Shown here piece by piece: positions 36,591 through 49,955 of a DNA stretch of 64,000 bases. How positions within the stretch are numbered: position 1 is the first letter of the stretch; each line of letters opens with the position of its first letter. Position numbers and translations under genes: made by a program. The notes beneath the pieces are model-generated. The model was not told the DNA's origin. It did not search any database and worked only from the letters and a program-made list of their open reading frames with translations. Source of the stretch: Microthyrium microscopicum (lineage: Eukaryota); the NCBI GenBank assembly GCA_010405405.1, contig MU004240.1:1622814-1686813 (forward strand), given 5' to 3'.

Positions 36591-37732
36591 ATCATACCCC
36601 AATGTCTTGAAGACCAACCTACACCTTTCAGAGGGGCAATGCGATAAGGATGACTGTGGATTCCTTATCTTGACTGGGAGGAATGGCGACGGCTTCACTT
36701 TCTTCGGGGACGATGGCTTGTGGAACTTTATAGGTGTATATATCAATTGAAAATTGGTTGACAAACCTAACAATATACTATCCCTTTGCTGTGAGACGTC
36801 AGTGACTAATGGACTCCAGACACTTCATGAGCCAAGATAGTAGGGTCAGGAATTGCAGCTTTATATGATACTGATTGGAAAGTGATTGGAAAAGAGAGCC
36901 ATGGGATCTTGTATTGCTGCTTGAATGTTCTCAAACTTGCTCTCTGTCCAAAAGGTCGGGAAACGATATGAAAGCCCTAGCCAGTCGAAGTATACGGCAA
37001 TCATTGAACACGATCGCCAAGTACTACTCTTCTGAAAGGGCATACTCGGCGTGAGGACCAAAGTGTTGGGCGATATTGGGAACCAACCTTGGTAAGTAAG
37101 TACGTTCTATATCTAATTCGCTTATTCGCGTAGTGCCCTCCGAGAGTTGAGATCTCGCAAGATGCTTTAAGAGCATCTCATCGCGCTGCGAGCCTGTAGC
37201 GCAAACTGCAAGATCTTCCATCGACCCTCAGCGTGCTGATGACTTTGACAGCGTCGTCCTTGCTGTATTTGTACCAGCAGGCTCATATTGCCGTTGTTGT
37301 CTAGGCCCACGCTCGTGATGGCTCGATTCTTACTTTTTCCAAGCCTCACTCCATCCAGTCGTAGAACCGCAACAGGCCTAAGTTTGCAAGATCGCTCGTC
37401 AAGTAGGCAACAAGTCTCTAAAAGGTAATTATCGAGTGACATAATGAGGTTTCAAAAGCGTGAGGCGATGTATTTCTTCGGTTTTCTGAGTTCTCACTGT
37501 ATGTTTCACACACTTATCTAAGTAGTGTCTCAGCATTTTGAGACCTCAGATCCTCAGTTGAGATCATATCTTGGGTTATAAGGTACATAAGTTATTCAAC
37601 TTGAGCATTCACTTGATCATTGCGACTATAGTCGGCATCTGCATTGAAAGCCACCCCTTTCAAGTACAACATATCCTGCGACAAGACCTTGCAGTACTCA
37701 TAGGCTCCCTTCTCAATCCAACAGCCGCCCAT

Positions 37733-38940
37733 ATGAACTCATTCGGGCGTTTCCAGTGCGCAATTTGCGCCGAGGAAAAGTATCTCAGCGAATTTCCATC
37801 GCAAACGCCTACGAGTGCCTGTAAACATGGCACAACAACATGTGTTCAGTGTTTGCAGACCCACATCAAAACACAATTGGACAATAGTATCTTCCATGAG
37901 AATCTGGTCAAATGTCCCGAGTGTTCAAACTCCCTGGATGTCGCGGATGTCCAAAAACATGCAACGGCAGACATATTCGAGCTGTAGGTCAACATGGGAC
38001 GGAGCCTCTGTAAAAAAGTGACTAATTTTTATCCTTAGATACTCTGAACGCGCCACAGCCAGCTTTCTAGATCTGTCTACAGATCTGTTTCGTTGTCCAC
38101 GGCCCTCATGCGGCTCGGCGCAGGCTCACGAGAACGGCGCCAGTGAGCCGATTGTGACATGTATTGGATGCAAGCAGAAGTATTGCTTCTCTCACAAGAT
38201 CTTATGGCACCAGGACCTGAGTTGTGAGGAGTATGATCGGTTCATGGAAGATCCTCATAACTTCAAGAGTCAGCTGGAAATAGCAAATGAGATGAATGAA
38301 AAGCGTCTAACTAGAGAACTATACCGAAAGCGCAAGGCGGAGACAAAGACCGAGCAGTTTCTCCAAAGCCGCATGAGCAACTGGGAGCGGGAAGCAGCCC
38401 AGCGAAGGTTCCAGCAGAAACGGGATGAAGAAACCAAAGAGCGTCGGGTGGAAAGTAAAAAGCGAAAGCTCGAAGAAAGTAAGACAGGAACTGGCAAGTT
38501 GAGGGCTGAGGTGAAAGCGGTGGAGAAAAGACTTGAACAAGCTACTCTCTCCACGATCTCTGAGACCACGAAGAGATGTCCCAAATGCAGCGTGCGGATT
38601 GAGAAAAATGATGGTTGGTAAGTGAAGAACCTGCTCTGTTATTCGCGAAACACCTTTACTGACTTAGATAGCAACCATATGACATGTAAGTTGATTGTCG
38701 CCACAAGTTCTGTTGAATGTGTCTGAGACGAATGCATACACCGAATGTTTCTGTTACTGACCAGCAATGTCATTTTATGTCCTAAAAAATGCGTGCTAAT
38801 ATATTTCCCTGTCTACAGGCTCGCAGTGTCGCCACGAATTCTGCTGGACTTGTCTCGCTTGCTATCGAACAATACTACGAGATGGAAACGAGGTGCATCG
38901 GACAACCTGCCGATTCCACTCAAGAAGGTTGCCACAGTGA
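37733..38940 (+). CDS. RBR (RING1-IBR-RING2) E3 ubiquitin ligase; 4 exons
   Basis: RING1 CAIC..CKH..CVQC..KCPEC; IBR RCPRPSC..CIGCKQKYCFSH..WH..LSC; RING2 KRCPKC..IEKNDG|CNHMT|CSQCRHEFCWTC. Confidence 0.9.
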
Positions 38941-40040
38941 AGACATTCAAATTCTACCAGTGTAGGTTAGGTCAATTTGGAATCAAGGGGCGTTGGAAGT
39001 AATGTCTTTTGAATGGGCGGATGGGCTGATAGAAAGTTTAACCCTGAATAGAAAGTTTCTTTGCACTGTGAATCTCCTCGTCTGCCAGCGTCCCTTGGAA
39101 CGTGATGATATGGCATGCTCTCAAACCTGATCTCTATTCAAGAGCTTCTGGAAAGCATATCAATGCCCCAGCAAGTTGAATCATATCATCACATTTGAAC
39201 AACACAACAACCATATCAGTAAGCAATGTAAGACAAATCCAATTTCATCGACTCTTCATAGCTTTACTGAGGACATGTTAATATAAGACCACCCCATGGT
39301 GTCGCAGAAAACAAAAGGTATGGTACCTTTGAGCAACTATCGCATTTGCATCCTTCGGCACATCCTCCTCCACTTCCGCAGTTGGTACAGTTGCTATCAG
39401 AAGAGTTAGCTTATAGTGTTACTGCTAATATCATGATGCCTACCAGTCGCCCATGGTATCGAAATTCGAGAGGTGCAAATAGTATCGCTTGGGGTAAACT
39501 TCAATGTCTTGGGATATATCTGCTGTGGAGTTCAAAGACAATAAAGGATTAGAAGATTTGAAGGGGATGGCCATTTATATAGCTCTTGTAGCCGGTAAAA
39601 GAAAAGTTGCCTTTCTCGCACGCGTCAATTGTGGATAGATCGGCTGTCAAGTATCCCTTGATGAGAAAAGGATCGAAGGGGCGCAAACACTGGCACTTAC
39701 ATCAGCAGTACGGCAAATCTGCCGGATTAAGCTTCGATATCTGGTTTGCCTACACCCGCCGGCCAATAAACGGGGCTGTGAAAGCAGAAGCGATAACATG
39801 GCAGGATCAGGCACGGTCGAGAGGTGCCAGGTGTTCAGGATACTGCCGTCGAGCGCATAAATCCGTCAAGAAGTATGCCCTTCTATCCACTTGACGAGAC
39901 AATATGCAAACCTGAGGCTGAATGAGCGCATTAAGAACATCCATGCGACCAGCATCATACTCACAATGTTCGAACCTCGATAAAAAGACGTAGGATAGCG
40001 TAGATTATGATTATCATTACCGTCTAGGACAAATCATTCC

Positions 40041-41883
40041 TCAGCTCAAATTCATCTGAGCATCATCGCCGACACCCCAGCTCGAATGATTATCCACCTC
40101 CTTAATGCTCAGCGGCATATGCACATCATCATCGTCATCATCATACGAGCGGCAACTGTTCGCGCTTCTGCCGCTCAAACCTGAGATTGCGCTACCTTTT
40201 TCGCTCGTAGGCTGACTATTCTTGCGAGAGAACCATCCCTTTTTCCTCCGTACAGAGTGGCTTCCAGCATCTAACATGTCCTCTTTTGCGGAAGTGACTG
40301 CTGTGTCTATGCTTCTGTTGTCGATACTACGGGTGTCGATGCTTTGGGTGTCGTCAGCGGGTCTGTCCACGAGGGTAGTAGTTTCGCTGGCATCGTCTTG
40401 CTTGCGGGAAGGTAATGGGGAAGGCGGAGTAGATGTACTTTCTTGTTTTTCGGGGGTTACTTCGACCAGCTCTGCGTCTCTTGCCCAGCGTCTCCGGCGT
40501 GTGTATTTTCCCCATCCGTCGCGTCCTTTACGGCCATTCTGCCACTGTTTCATGTTAGAATGACAAGCTCACGCAGAGCTTATGAACTTACTTTGTTGTC
40601 ATAGAACATCCAGCCGCCGTCTGACGTTGGACCATCCGGATCTGCAACTACATCGCCTTCAGTATCCAGGACATGCCAGCTACTGCCTGTAACCCATTGC
40701 CATTTCGCATGTCCACCCTCGACCTCAGGTAAAGTAAATCGTTCCTTAGTTGCTGTGCTGTTCAAATGTTCGTCCGTCCAGGACGATCGCTCATACGCCA
40801 GCATTGACGAGGTCCATCCTATTCCCAGCCATCGCCGCTGATTCTCGTATAGAGTGAACGTAAGATGTATTCTAGCATCACGACCGCTCTTTGCTGCCAA
40901 AGCCGCAGCGATATCATGAGGGTTCTTGCTCTTGCTACCTCCTCTCGGTCTTCCAGGAATAGGATCCATGAGATTTAGGCCTGTCAAAACAGATGATACC
41001 TGTCGACATAACTTGTTTCTCCAGAATAGAGCTCGCGTAACCCGTGCTGGTTGAGAATGCCATGTCAAGACGGTTGTCCCAACAGCGAGAATAACACGTT
41101 TTGTGGTGATGACACCAACAAAGTGGAGACTGAGGACAATCCATACTGGCGTCACCAATACTATTCTTATGAATAAAGCAGTAAGCGCTGGACGGGTGGT
41201 GGCGGCAGTTGCAGATGTTTGAGTGGACAAGAAGTCAGTCATCCGAAGGAAAGGGTCTAATAGGATGTTGCATCGAGATGTAAAGAGGCGTAGCGTTTCC
41301 ACAATATCCTCCAAGCTCTTATGCCGAGAAAGATTGGCCTCTGATGGCCCGCGTTTGTGGCTCTTCTTTTCACCCATCCATCCCGTAGATGACAGATGTG
41401 AGAACCTGCGAATGTACATGGCAAGAATCAAAGTCATTACAACAAACAAAGGTCCCGCGAATCGAGTTATTATGTCCCCGTATAGACATGTTGCCCAAAA
41501 CGCGGCCACCAATAAAAAGCTTTCCCAAGGATCTCCAGTAGTCCACGATAGTAATCCGACAAGCTTGTTAAGAGGTATTATGAAAGGGTGCGAATATGCT
41601 AAGACTCTTGTGATTTCGGGAGGGGTGGCTACGAGTAACGGAGATTTCTGTTGAACAAGTATTGTAGCTCTTTGTGTACCTGTGACTTCGGGGGAGTGTG
41701 ATGCGCTTGGAGGAGAGAAGGTCGCTACCGCTGGAGGATCATGGTCGGTGGCATAGGATCCATCACGACGATGCGATTTCTTTGGCGGGGATGACATGAG
41801 GTCTAGCAAGGGTGTGTCTACACGACAGTTAGTGGTGGTTGTGAGATGAACAATGTGCGAGGGAGCTTGCCGAAAGCTGCCAT
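40041..41883 (-). CDS. PEX23: Pex23/Pex30-family peroxin (reticulon-like + dysferlin domain); 3 exons
   Basis: LLSWTTGDPWESFLLV, YENQRRWLGIGWTSSML.YER..WTD and GW.FYDNK|W...YTRRRRWAR. The first exon MAAF is joined through a GC-AG intron at 41818-41870. Confidence 0.88.
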
Positions 41884-42463
41884 GAACAGCGCGTTGGCTA
41901 GGAGGATTGCGCAGACATCAATATGATATGTCTCGGGGTGTATTGGGATAGAGGATGAGGTGGTGCAGCTTGAAGCTCAAGAAACATACCGTGAGATCAA
42001 GAGATTGTAAATTGTAAGAGGAACAGCATGTGATAGTTGACCAGGCAGCTCTGGGATTTGGAGGTGGGACTTGGAAGGCTGGGCCCGGAATTCAATGGTT
42101 GATCGCCTGATCTGGGTGTCAACAGTTGCTTTTGTGATATTGATATCGTGGAATTTGAATGTAGAACCACATTGTAGCTACACGTAAGGTATGAATAGGA
42201 AGAAGAATTATATGGAGGGTATATCAAGCTTCATACGGGTTCCGCTTAGAAAAGCAATGACGACGGATTTCATGATCTTGATTGTGATTGGCTATTGCTC
42301 GCATGCTTGTATCGTGGCTTCAACCCTAGCCCTCAAATTCAAATTCAAAAAAATTTGGTCCCGGACTTTGCCATCCGCTACATCGCGATCCTTCGACAAG
42401 TACATCGTGTGCATACGGGAAGATTCATTGATCTTCACCGACTTCTTCTTGGACTTTTCTACC

Positions 42464-42925
42464 ATGGTACGGTTTGCTATAGTCTAGCTATGACCCAGCA
42501 ATGCTAACATAGACCAGGCGCATCGTATCATCACCCAAGTCATCTTTTCCGGCACCCGCATTATCGGCCGAGCCGTCACCGAAGCCTACAAACAAGCTCA
42601 GGCATCGCAAAAGTATGCCGCCGCCGCTGGCAAAACTCCCGGTTCCTCTCGGACGTATGAGTCTGCCGGTCTATCCCTCGAAGAAGCCTGCAAGATCCTC
42701 GACGTTGCGCCTCCCAAGCAGGGCAAAACCGACATGGAGAAAGTCTTGGAACGCTTCAAACGCTTATTTGATACAAATGAACCAAAGAATGGCGGCAGTT
42801 TTTACCTACAAAGCAAGATATTACGAGCCCGGCAACGTATAGAACTCGAAATCAAGGGAGCCGAGGAAGCAGCAGCCAAAGCAAAGGACGCCGAAGGATG
42901 GAAACCGAAAGTATACAAGGATTGA
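42464..42925 (+). CDS. PAM16: Mitochondrial import motor subunit Pam16/Tim16; first exon is the ATG only
   Basis: ATG|gtacgg...cag|AHRIITQV..G.RIIGRA..EAYKQA; LSLEEACKILDV; GGSFYLQSKILRARQRI. Confidence 0.95.
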
Positions 42926-45900
42926 ACCACTTGATACCGACTATTCTTCCGTAGGCTCGGACTATGCCTCCTCGCACAGTTTTGAGGTCGAAGAGGATCT
43001 GGATCAAACCTACCTGTACAATTGGATGGGACGGCATTTTCAATATCGCATAGCATGGAGTTTGGCGTTTCGAGCATAGCCATTATCAGCATTCTCGTGG
43101 GAATTGATTTTGGATTTCAATTGTAAATCACCTCTCTTATAAATGTATTATCACCAATATCCATCACCAGGAGCAGCAAATGGCTGTCCATATTCCGCAG
43201 TATACCATGTGGGAGGAAAGGAGGAGCCAAGGGCATCTAGCGAGAGACGCGAGTATCAGAACGAATCAGGGGCATCATGGGATTGCACCAGTCTCTTCAT
43301 CTTGGGACTGGAGGCTGGGCTACGCTTTATCAGATGCCTTCGATAGCTTGATATGAATGCCAGGTGGTGACTTACTACAATCACACCAGATCGACCCGGT
43401 AGCTGGCATAGAAAATCAAATGGAGAAGATAGCTTCAATTGCACCACTAGCCTAGTGCAATTCAATGCCCCCAATGGGAAACTTCTGTACTTTGTCCCCT
43501 ATTTGTATACAATATAACTTCGGTACCTACTATCACCAACATCATGCTGAGAGACGGGGTGCGTTACCTCAAGCAATACCAGCAAACGACAGTACTCCCG
43601 TCCCTTGTCAAATATAACGGCACTTATATGACGTGATCCTCCACGTCAAGTATCACACCGCGTTTTGTCCCACTAGTTCACCCTGATATAATAACAGTAA
43701 ACAACGAACCTACCGGCAGACTATTGGTCCTGCTCACACGACACTCACCTACACGCTCATCTTGAATACAGATGTGGTGCTGTACGAGGATCAAATATGC
43801 CTATAGCTAGTGCTACTCCGGCAGTAATCGAACACGAGATAACATAACCAAGCCCACCCGTTGGGAATTGCTGAATAGTATAACAAGTCCGCTGTTTTAC
43901 TTGCTCGCACAGCGCACGAGGCCTTTTGACCCTCAATACAATCATCCAACCAGCTTTCTTATACCCTGTGTTGCAGCCGTTGATGCAATGAAGCGCTGTG
44001 TGACTTCTGCACTGATGTCAAACGTTGCGCATCGTACAGAACGGATGGGCTACGAAAGGGCCATGAACAAAGACACAGCAACCTACCTGCCGATTCCCTC
44101 TTGCCAACACACAAGAAGGAGTATGCCAAGAAGCTTGAGTGTGAAATGTTAAGGCAGCCTATGTAGGTTTTAGACGCTGTGGTTGTGCGGTTTCTGTGGG
44201 CCAGGCTGATGGGTTGGGCGTCGTAAGCTGTCCGCAGTTCCCATGCGGCTCGGCGGGAACACGAACAACAAGTGTTTCTGTTAGGATGATGTGGTGATCA
44301 TGATTCGTAAGAGTTGCTGTATAGAGGATCAATACCATGGCTGTTTAGATCTGAGTGGTCAATATGATGCAGCTCAAGCTCTGGTTTGGCATGCGAGCGT
44401 TTCGACACGATATGGTGTGATATTGAAGTCTAGACAATTGAAGATGAGCAATACGAGCCACCCAGCCTCATCCTCAGCCTGATCTCGAGATTTCTTACAA
44501 ATCAACAGATCTTTTCTAGGCTCGGGTCCACCTGCGTGGTCTCTGCAAACCAAGAGGAGGCTGGAGATATTTGTACCGAGCCATGTATGCTTGAACTCCT
44601 ACAGATGCGAACTATCAAAGCAATAGTACACATAAAGAATGGAGATTCAATTCAATATCAAGCACGTTGAGAAACAACAGGCCACAAAGAGACGATAGCC
44701 AAGAACAAGTGAGAAAAATTCCGCATATTGAGGCATAACATTATGCAGCTCCCAGCCTTTCCAATATCAAAAGTTTCAACAAGCAAGCAAAATTTGCGAG
44801 TTGTTCAGCGCAAATGTCACTGCGTAGGCGCTCGCATAAAGCAGTGTAACGCATCACCGCGAGCATCACCGAAATGCAAGTCTCCGCCAGCCACGATCTG
44901 CTATCAAGGAATCATTTCCGATGTCCGAATCTAAGATCTCACCATTTTTACTTTGCTTAGAGATAAACTAAGAGTTTAGTGCACGATGGAAGCGAGGAGG
45001 TGTAGAAAATGGTGTTTAAATTTGCACGCCGAATTCACCAGTAAATTACAAAACCGAGACAGCGTGTGCTGGCAATGGCGTTGAGCACGGCTTGCGTGGA
45101 ATTCTTGGTGGCTTGCGGAGAAGGTTAGATCTACAGTACATTGATATTTCCGAACACGCCATCTCGAATGGTTGAGGAAGGTTGTAATTTTTAATAAATC
45201 GAAAAGGGATTCTACCGTAACAACAGTTCTTCGTCCAAAGGAAGATTTTGTAGGCTCGCTTGTTAAGAGTCAAGTAAGGTTTCATGTTTTAGCATCTCGA
45301 ATCTTCTCGATTGTCTCCAGAGCTATTTTAAAATTTGACGTCTCCACTCTCTGATTTGTGACTCGCTCAGGCACATCTTGCATGCACATCATCAGTCAAG
45401 AAATTGACTTGTCCCGAAACAGTCAAGGCTCATCTCAATTTTGTAGAACGCCTTCACGCTTTTCGATTCTTAAAGTTGAGATGAAAGATATCTTGGATGA
45501 CACTATCCCTAATTTGTACGTGATTATTTTTACATCAAGTGGTAACCACCATACTGAGTTCTTGCAAATATCGTATCGTAAAGAATAACCGTTAACATGC
45601 AATGGTCGATGTGTCCTCGGCACCGCGATAATCTCAATTGGTAGTCGAAGATAGAAAGCGAATATTTAACTAATATTGTGCCACTATCCTCATTCGATAC
45701 CACGTGCGAGTCTCGTTACTGCCATGACAGGGACTCCAGATAGAAGATTGGACAACAATAGTAGTAGTCATTGAAATCTAACCAGTTCCATATTATGCCT
45801 AACCTATATATGGAGTTATATGCATTTGGATATGCTCAAGGGTGCGGGTGAGAAATGTCTAACGAATGCTAAGATAAGTTTGATACCGCTCTAGTTGACT

Positions 45901-48900
45901 TATATGAATTCTTGAAACATAATAATGTCCAGCTTAAGTATCTCTTTCTAATGAAGCAAACTACAGTTTCTGAACCTGCAGCTATACAACAATTGGGCTA
46001 CTACTGAACCTACCACGAAAGATATAACAGTTTGGAAGTTTGGAATCCTGTTGTACAACTTCTTATAGATCTAAATAAGCCAAAAGTCAATTACAACTAT
46101 AACTGTAATTGTGGTGGCAACAACTTTCTGTTTACATATCGAAATTAGGTACGCTTGAGATTTGGTGTTGCAGTTTATGATTCATTATGCTTTTCTGAAT
46201 GCGTGGACCAAACGAATGCTAGTCAGGGACTTTGATAGTGGCAAAAAAAATGAAAGAGTCTTGAATTCTTGCCGAGAGTCGAATTCAGAAGCAAGCAATA
46301 AAGCAATCGAGGTTTGCATCTTGAGAAACCGCTATTATTGAAGATTGAAGTTCAGAAGATATGAGTGACGGAAATCTCCATTGCGAATCTCAATAATCCT
46401 GAAGCGCGTTCAAACTTCAGAACAACGGTACCCTAAAGTGTAATTGCGTGGAGTATGGAAGCGTGCGAAGATGTATAAAAATCTCCGAGAACTTTCAATA
46501 ATGGAACTCAAGACCCTTGAACCCAGACCCAGACCCAGATCCACAGATGCCACACGCACGATGCAAGCACTAGTCGTCCGTCTGCAGAACAGTTGCAGAA
46601 CAGTTGCAGCTTTCGTGCAGTGCATTTCATAAAGTGCGGTGACACAGGACGCGACAACCGTCCGCAACCGTTCGGACACAGAATCGAATTGATTCAGAGG
46701 AGGAACTGGTGGCTTCGCTGGCTTGTGTCTCTTTTGCGCGGCTCAAAGTCCAGTGGGTCGCGAGCACGATTGGCTGGTCGAGAAAGCCAAGAGGCTCGGA
46801 TTCAACATCAACCGGGCGAGAAGAGGCGCTATGCATCCTTGTTGTGAACGGGATTCTCCCCGGATTTATTGAACTATCGTGCGGCGATTGCCGCATTATA
46901 TTTCTAATATTGAATGTGTGCCAACTGTAGAACCACAAAAGCAGGATGGCTTACTGGCTTGGAATATTTTGATAATCGTTTATTGCGAAAGAATTCGTTG
47001 TCGGAAGCTTGGAAATGGCCGACTGGCTGGGCTGGCTGGCCTCATCCCGTTCATGCAGCTATTTATTGCCGAACCGAGATCTTAATTGCAGATGAGTGAT
47101 AGACTAATCTGGCCCTGCATAGGAGCTTGAATCTTGGCTAAGGAGGTTTACATTCTAAATCCGTACTCCGTTCTGAATCTTCAATAATGAACTGATGTTG
47201 TTTCGGCTGCTCGAGCTGGAATGTGTTTCAGCATGATGATACAACAACATGATTTTGAAGGTTCCGCCTGACCAAAGAAAATAGTCACATGGAATATCTA
47301 ACTGCGCTACAACAAAGGAAAACTATACTCATAACAACCGTCAAAAGGTTTAGAATAATAATACAACTCGTCTTGAGCTAAAGTATCAGACGGCAGGACA
47401 AGAAATTGATACCTGGCAGATGATAGTAGACTCGAATCAACATTTGAGAAGATGATGATTTGATAAATGAACTTCCCTCGAATTTTATAGACGACCAGGG
47501 TATTCGGATTTCCTAATAGAACAACCACAGAACATCAATTGATTCACAAGCGCGGAGAACGCGTTTTCTAGAATTACTATGATTTCGACTAGGGCAGTAC
47601 GGCAGTCGTAGATCAAGTCGTCATTTAACATTGCTATATAGATGAGCACCCTGTTCCTAGTTCCTTGATTGAATCCTGGTTGTGAATCCCTGGTGAGAAT
47701 CAATTTGGTTGTTGAACCAGGGAGAGTGAAATGAACTCTGAAAGTAAAGTGCGGGACGGGAAGACATCTTTGATATTCTCCATGGCACAAACCAGAGGAA
47801 TATGTGAAGGAAGAATTTGGAGTTGAAGAAGAAGAAGAAGAAGTTAAGGAATACCCCACTCGGAGAAGTACTAGTTACTTTATACCATATTGAATCGGGC
47901 CTACTTCCATGTAGTGTTTCCTGCAGTAGCTGTGATAGCTAGCTAGTTGTTTACCTATGGGAAAGATTATATTAATTAGCTATCAATACCCCGACCTTAG
48001 TTCTGGTAGCATCGAGATTCTCTACTACCAATGCTCCATCTGCGGCCGAAACACAAAGATTGAATATGGAATATACCTTATAGGTGAGGCGGTCAGTTTG
48101 GAGATGATATTCTCATCCTTATTCCTTTCTTTTTCGAGATTCGGAAGTTAGCTAGCGACTATAAAACGAATGCGGGATTGGAAATAGTTTGATAGATTCG
48201 TCATGCCGACGAGGATGGTAGCTTGACAAGAGTTGCATGCAGTGGACGAATGCAGCAAAGCGTTCTGGACTTGACCATTGATATGTGAGGCGAAAAAAAG
48301 GCGCTACGGATCTCGCAGATATCACGGCAGGCTGGAGATGAAGGCTTCAACCATGGTATGATGGTATCGGATAGAGAATGTTTGCTGTACTAATTAAACC
48401 AGCGCTCAGTTGTTGAAAGTCAAGATTGATGAAGAAGTCAAGATATATATCAGTCAAACTGAACTTACTCAAGGCTTTTGTTGGGCAATGTTTCATGCGG
48501 CGAATGGACAAACCCGAGATTGTTGAAGAAACAGTAGCGTAAACTGGCGTGTTAAAGGTGTGGGACGGGACCGTGCTTGGGAGGTCGCTTCCACTTTGAG
48601 TCTTTGAGGGTGTTGGGCTTGCGGCTGACAAGGGTGGTCTCTTGCAACACACTCCACTGGACATGGAGATATTGGTGCCGTGCGCGTAGCCCTTGAATCC
48701 ACAATTGGTAAATCTAAACCGAGAGAGTGGAAGCCTTCCACCACCTTCAGTGCCTCTCCAAATGTTGAAGCGACAAGAGGCCCGCTGTGAACAAAGCCAA
48801 CGATCAACACCAACTTCTTCAATCTCTAGAGTCTTGAAGAACTCACTCCAGTCTCCAGGAATCTAGAAAGAGTAGGAGCAACTAAAGTCCAGAGTCAACC

Positions 48901-49955
48901 GTACCTTCCACGCCTAGAGGAAATACCCACTCGCTCCTGCATCAGTAAAGTCTGAGCACTTGGACTTTGTAGAGAGAGAGAGACCACTCAGACCAGGCTA
49001 GGCAAGCACTAACTGAGCAACACCCCTGCTTTACTCGTCGTTCATCGGTCGCTCCTGCCCCAGACTCCCCTGTGCCTGTGGCCTGTGGCCTGTGGTCTTT
49101 CCTCTCTTTGCCAGTGCCAGTGCCAGTCGCTCCTGCCAATTCTACCAATTCCTCTTGCACCACCAACACTACCGCCATACACCACCATTTCCCCATTGCA
49201 TCTGGTCTTCACTTTTTCACTCTTTCTTCACTCTCTTCTATTCTTCATCCGCCATCCCTTTTCATCAAGATCCCATCAAGCACCAACCGCCATTTCTTAG
49301 GCATTCCCGTAGCTCGTCCGTGAGCTGCCTGATCCGCCCTTTCCCTCCTCCTGATTCTCGATACCGAATCCACGTTTCATCAACCAGTACATTCTTCGTC
49401 GCTGCGATATCGTCAACGAAGACCTCATCTACCCATTGTCTCCCTTCTTCTACGCAATCACACGTGGAAGAACTCTCTCCTCCCATAAACAAGCGTCGTG
49501 TGCTCTCGATGTTGGCTTGACATACTTCTCTCTGTCCGCCCTCCGGCTGGACCTTGTCCCAACTTTTTTCCATTCCTGCATACATCAACGTCCCCAGAAG
49601 CATCCACCTGGTTAGGTGTTGATAGAGCCCGTCTTTTTCTTCATTGTTGGCTAGCATTTTGCTTTATACCCATTGGTAGTCAATCGGGCTCAATTCTTCT
49701 TTTCTTGGTGCTCTGCTCTTCTGACGACTTTGCCGCCGCCTGCATCCTTCAAGGGGTCAGTACATTCAACCAACCCCAGTCTCTCTCCCATTGAAACCTT
49801 GCTTCGCTCTGGTTATCCGACCATTAAATTGATCAACACTTCTTGTGTCATTGTACGCCTGATTGAACTCACTCATACTCACCGTTTCTTGGACAGACCC
49901 TTCTTACCAAACCACCATCGTTTGCATCCCTCCCCCATATCCTCCAGTAATCTCC

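Noticed and set aside
36861..37442. Chain of short minus-strand ORFs
   Set aside because: No domain or consistent splice pattern could be identified.
10500..39000. Starship-like giant element carrying NLR, metal and accessory cargo
   Set aside because: No DUF3435 tyrosine recombinase or element boundaries are visible, and the core genes RPT5 and UBC6 lie within the span.
43545..43605. TPP-riboswitch-like words (GGGTGC, AATACCAGC) in a hairpin
   Set aside because: CTGAGA is out of order, the CUUGAU core is missing, and there is no thiamine gene nearby.
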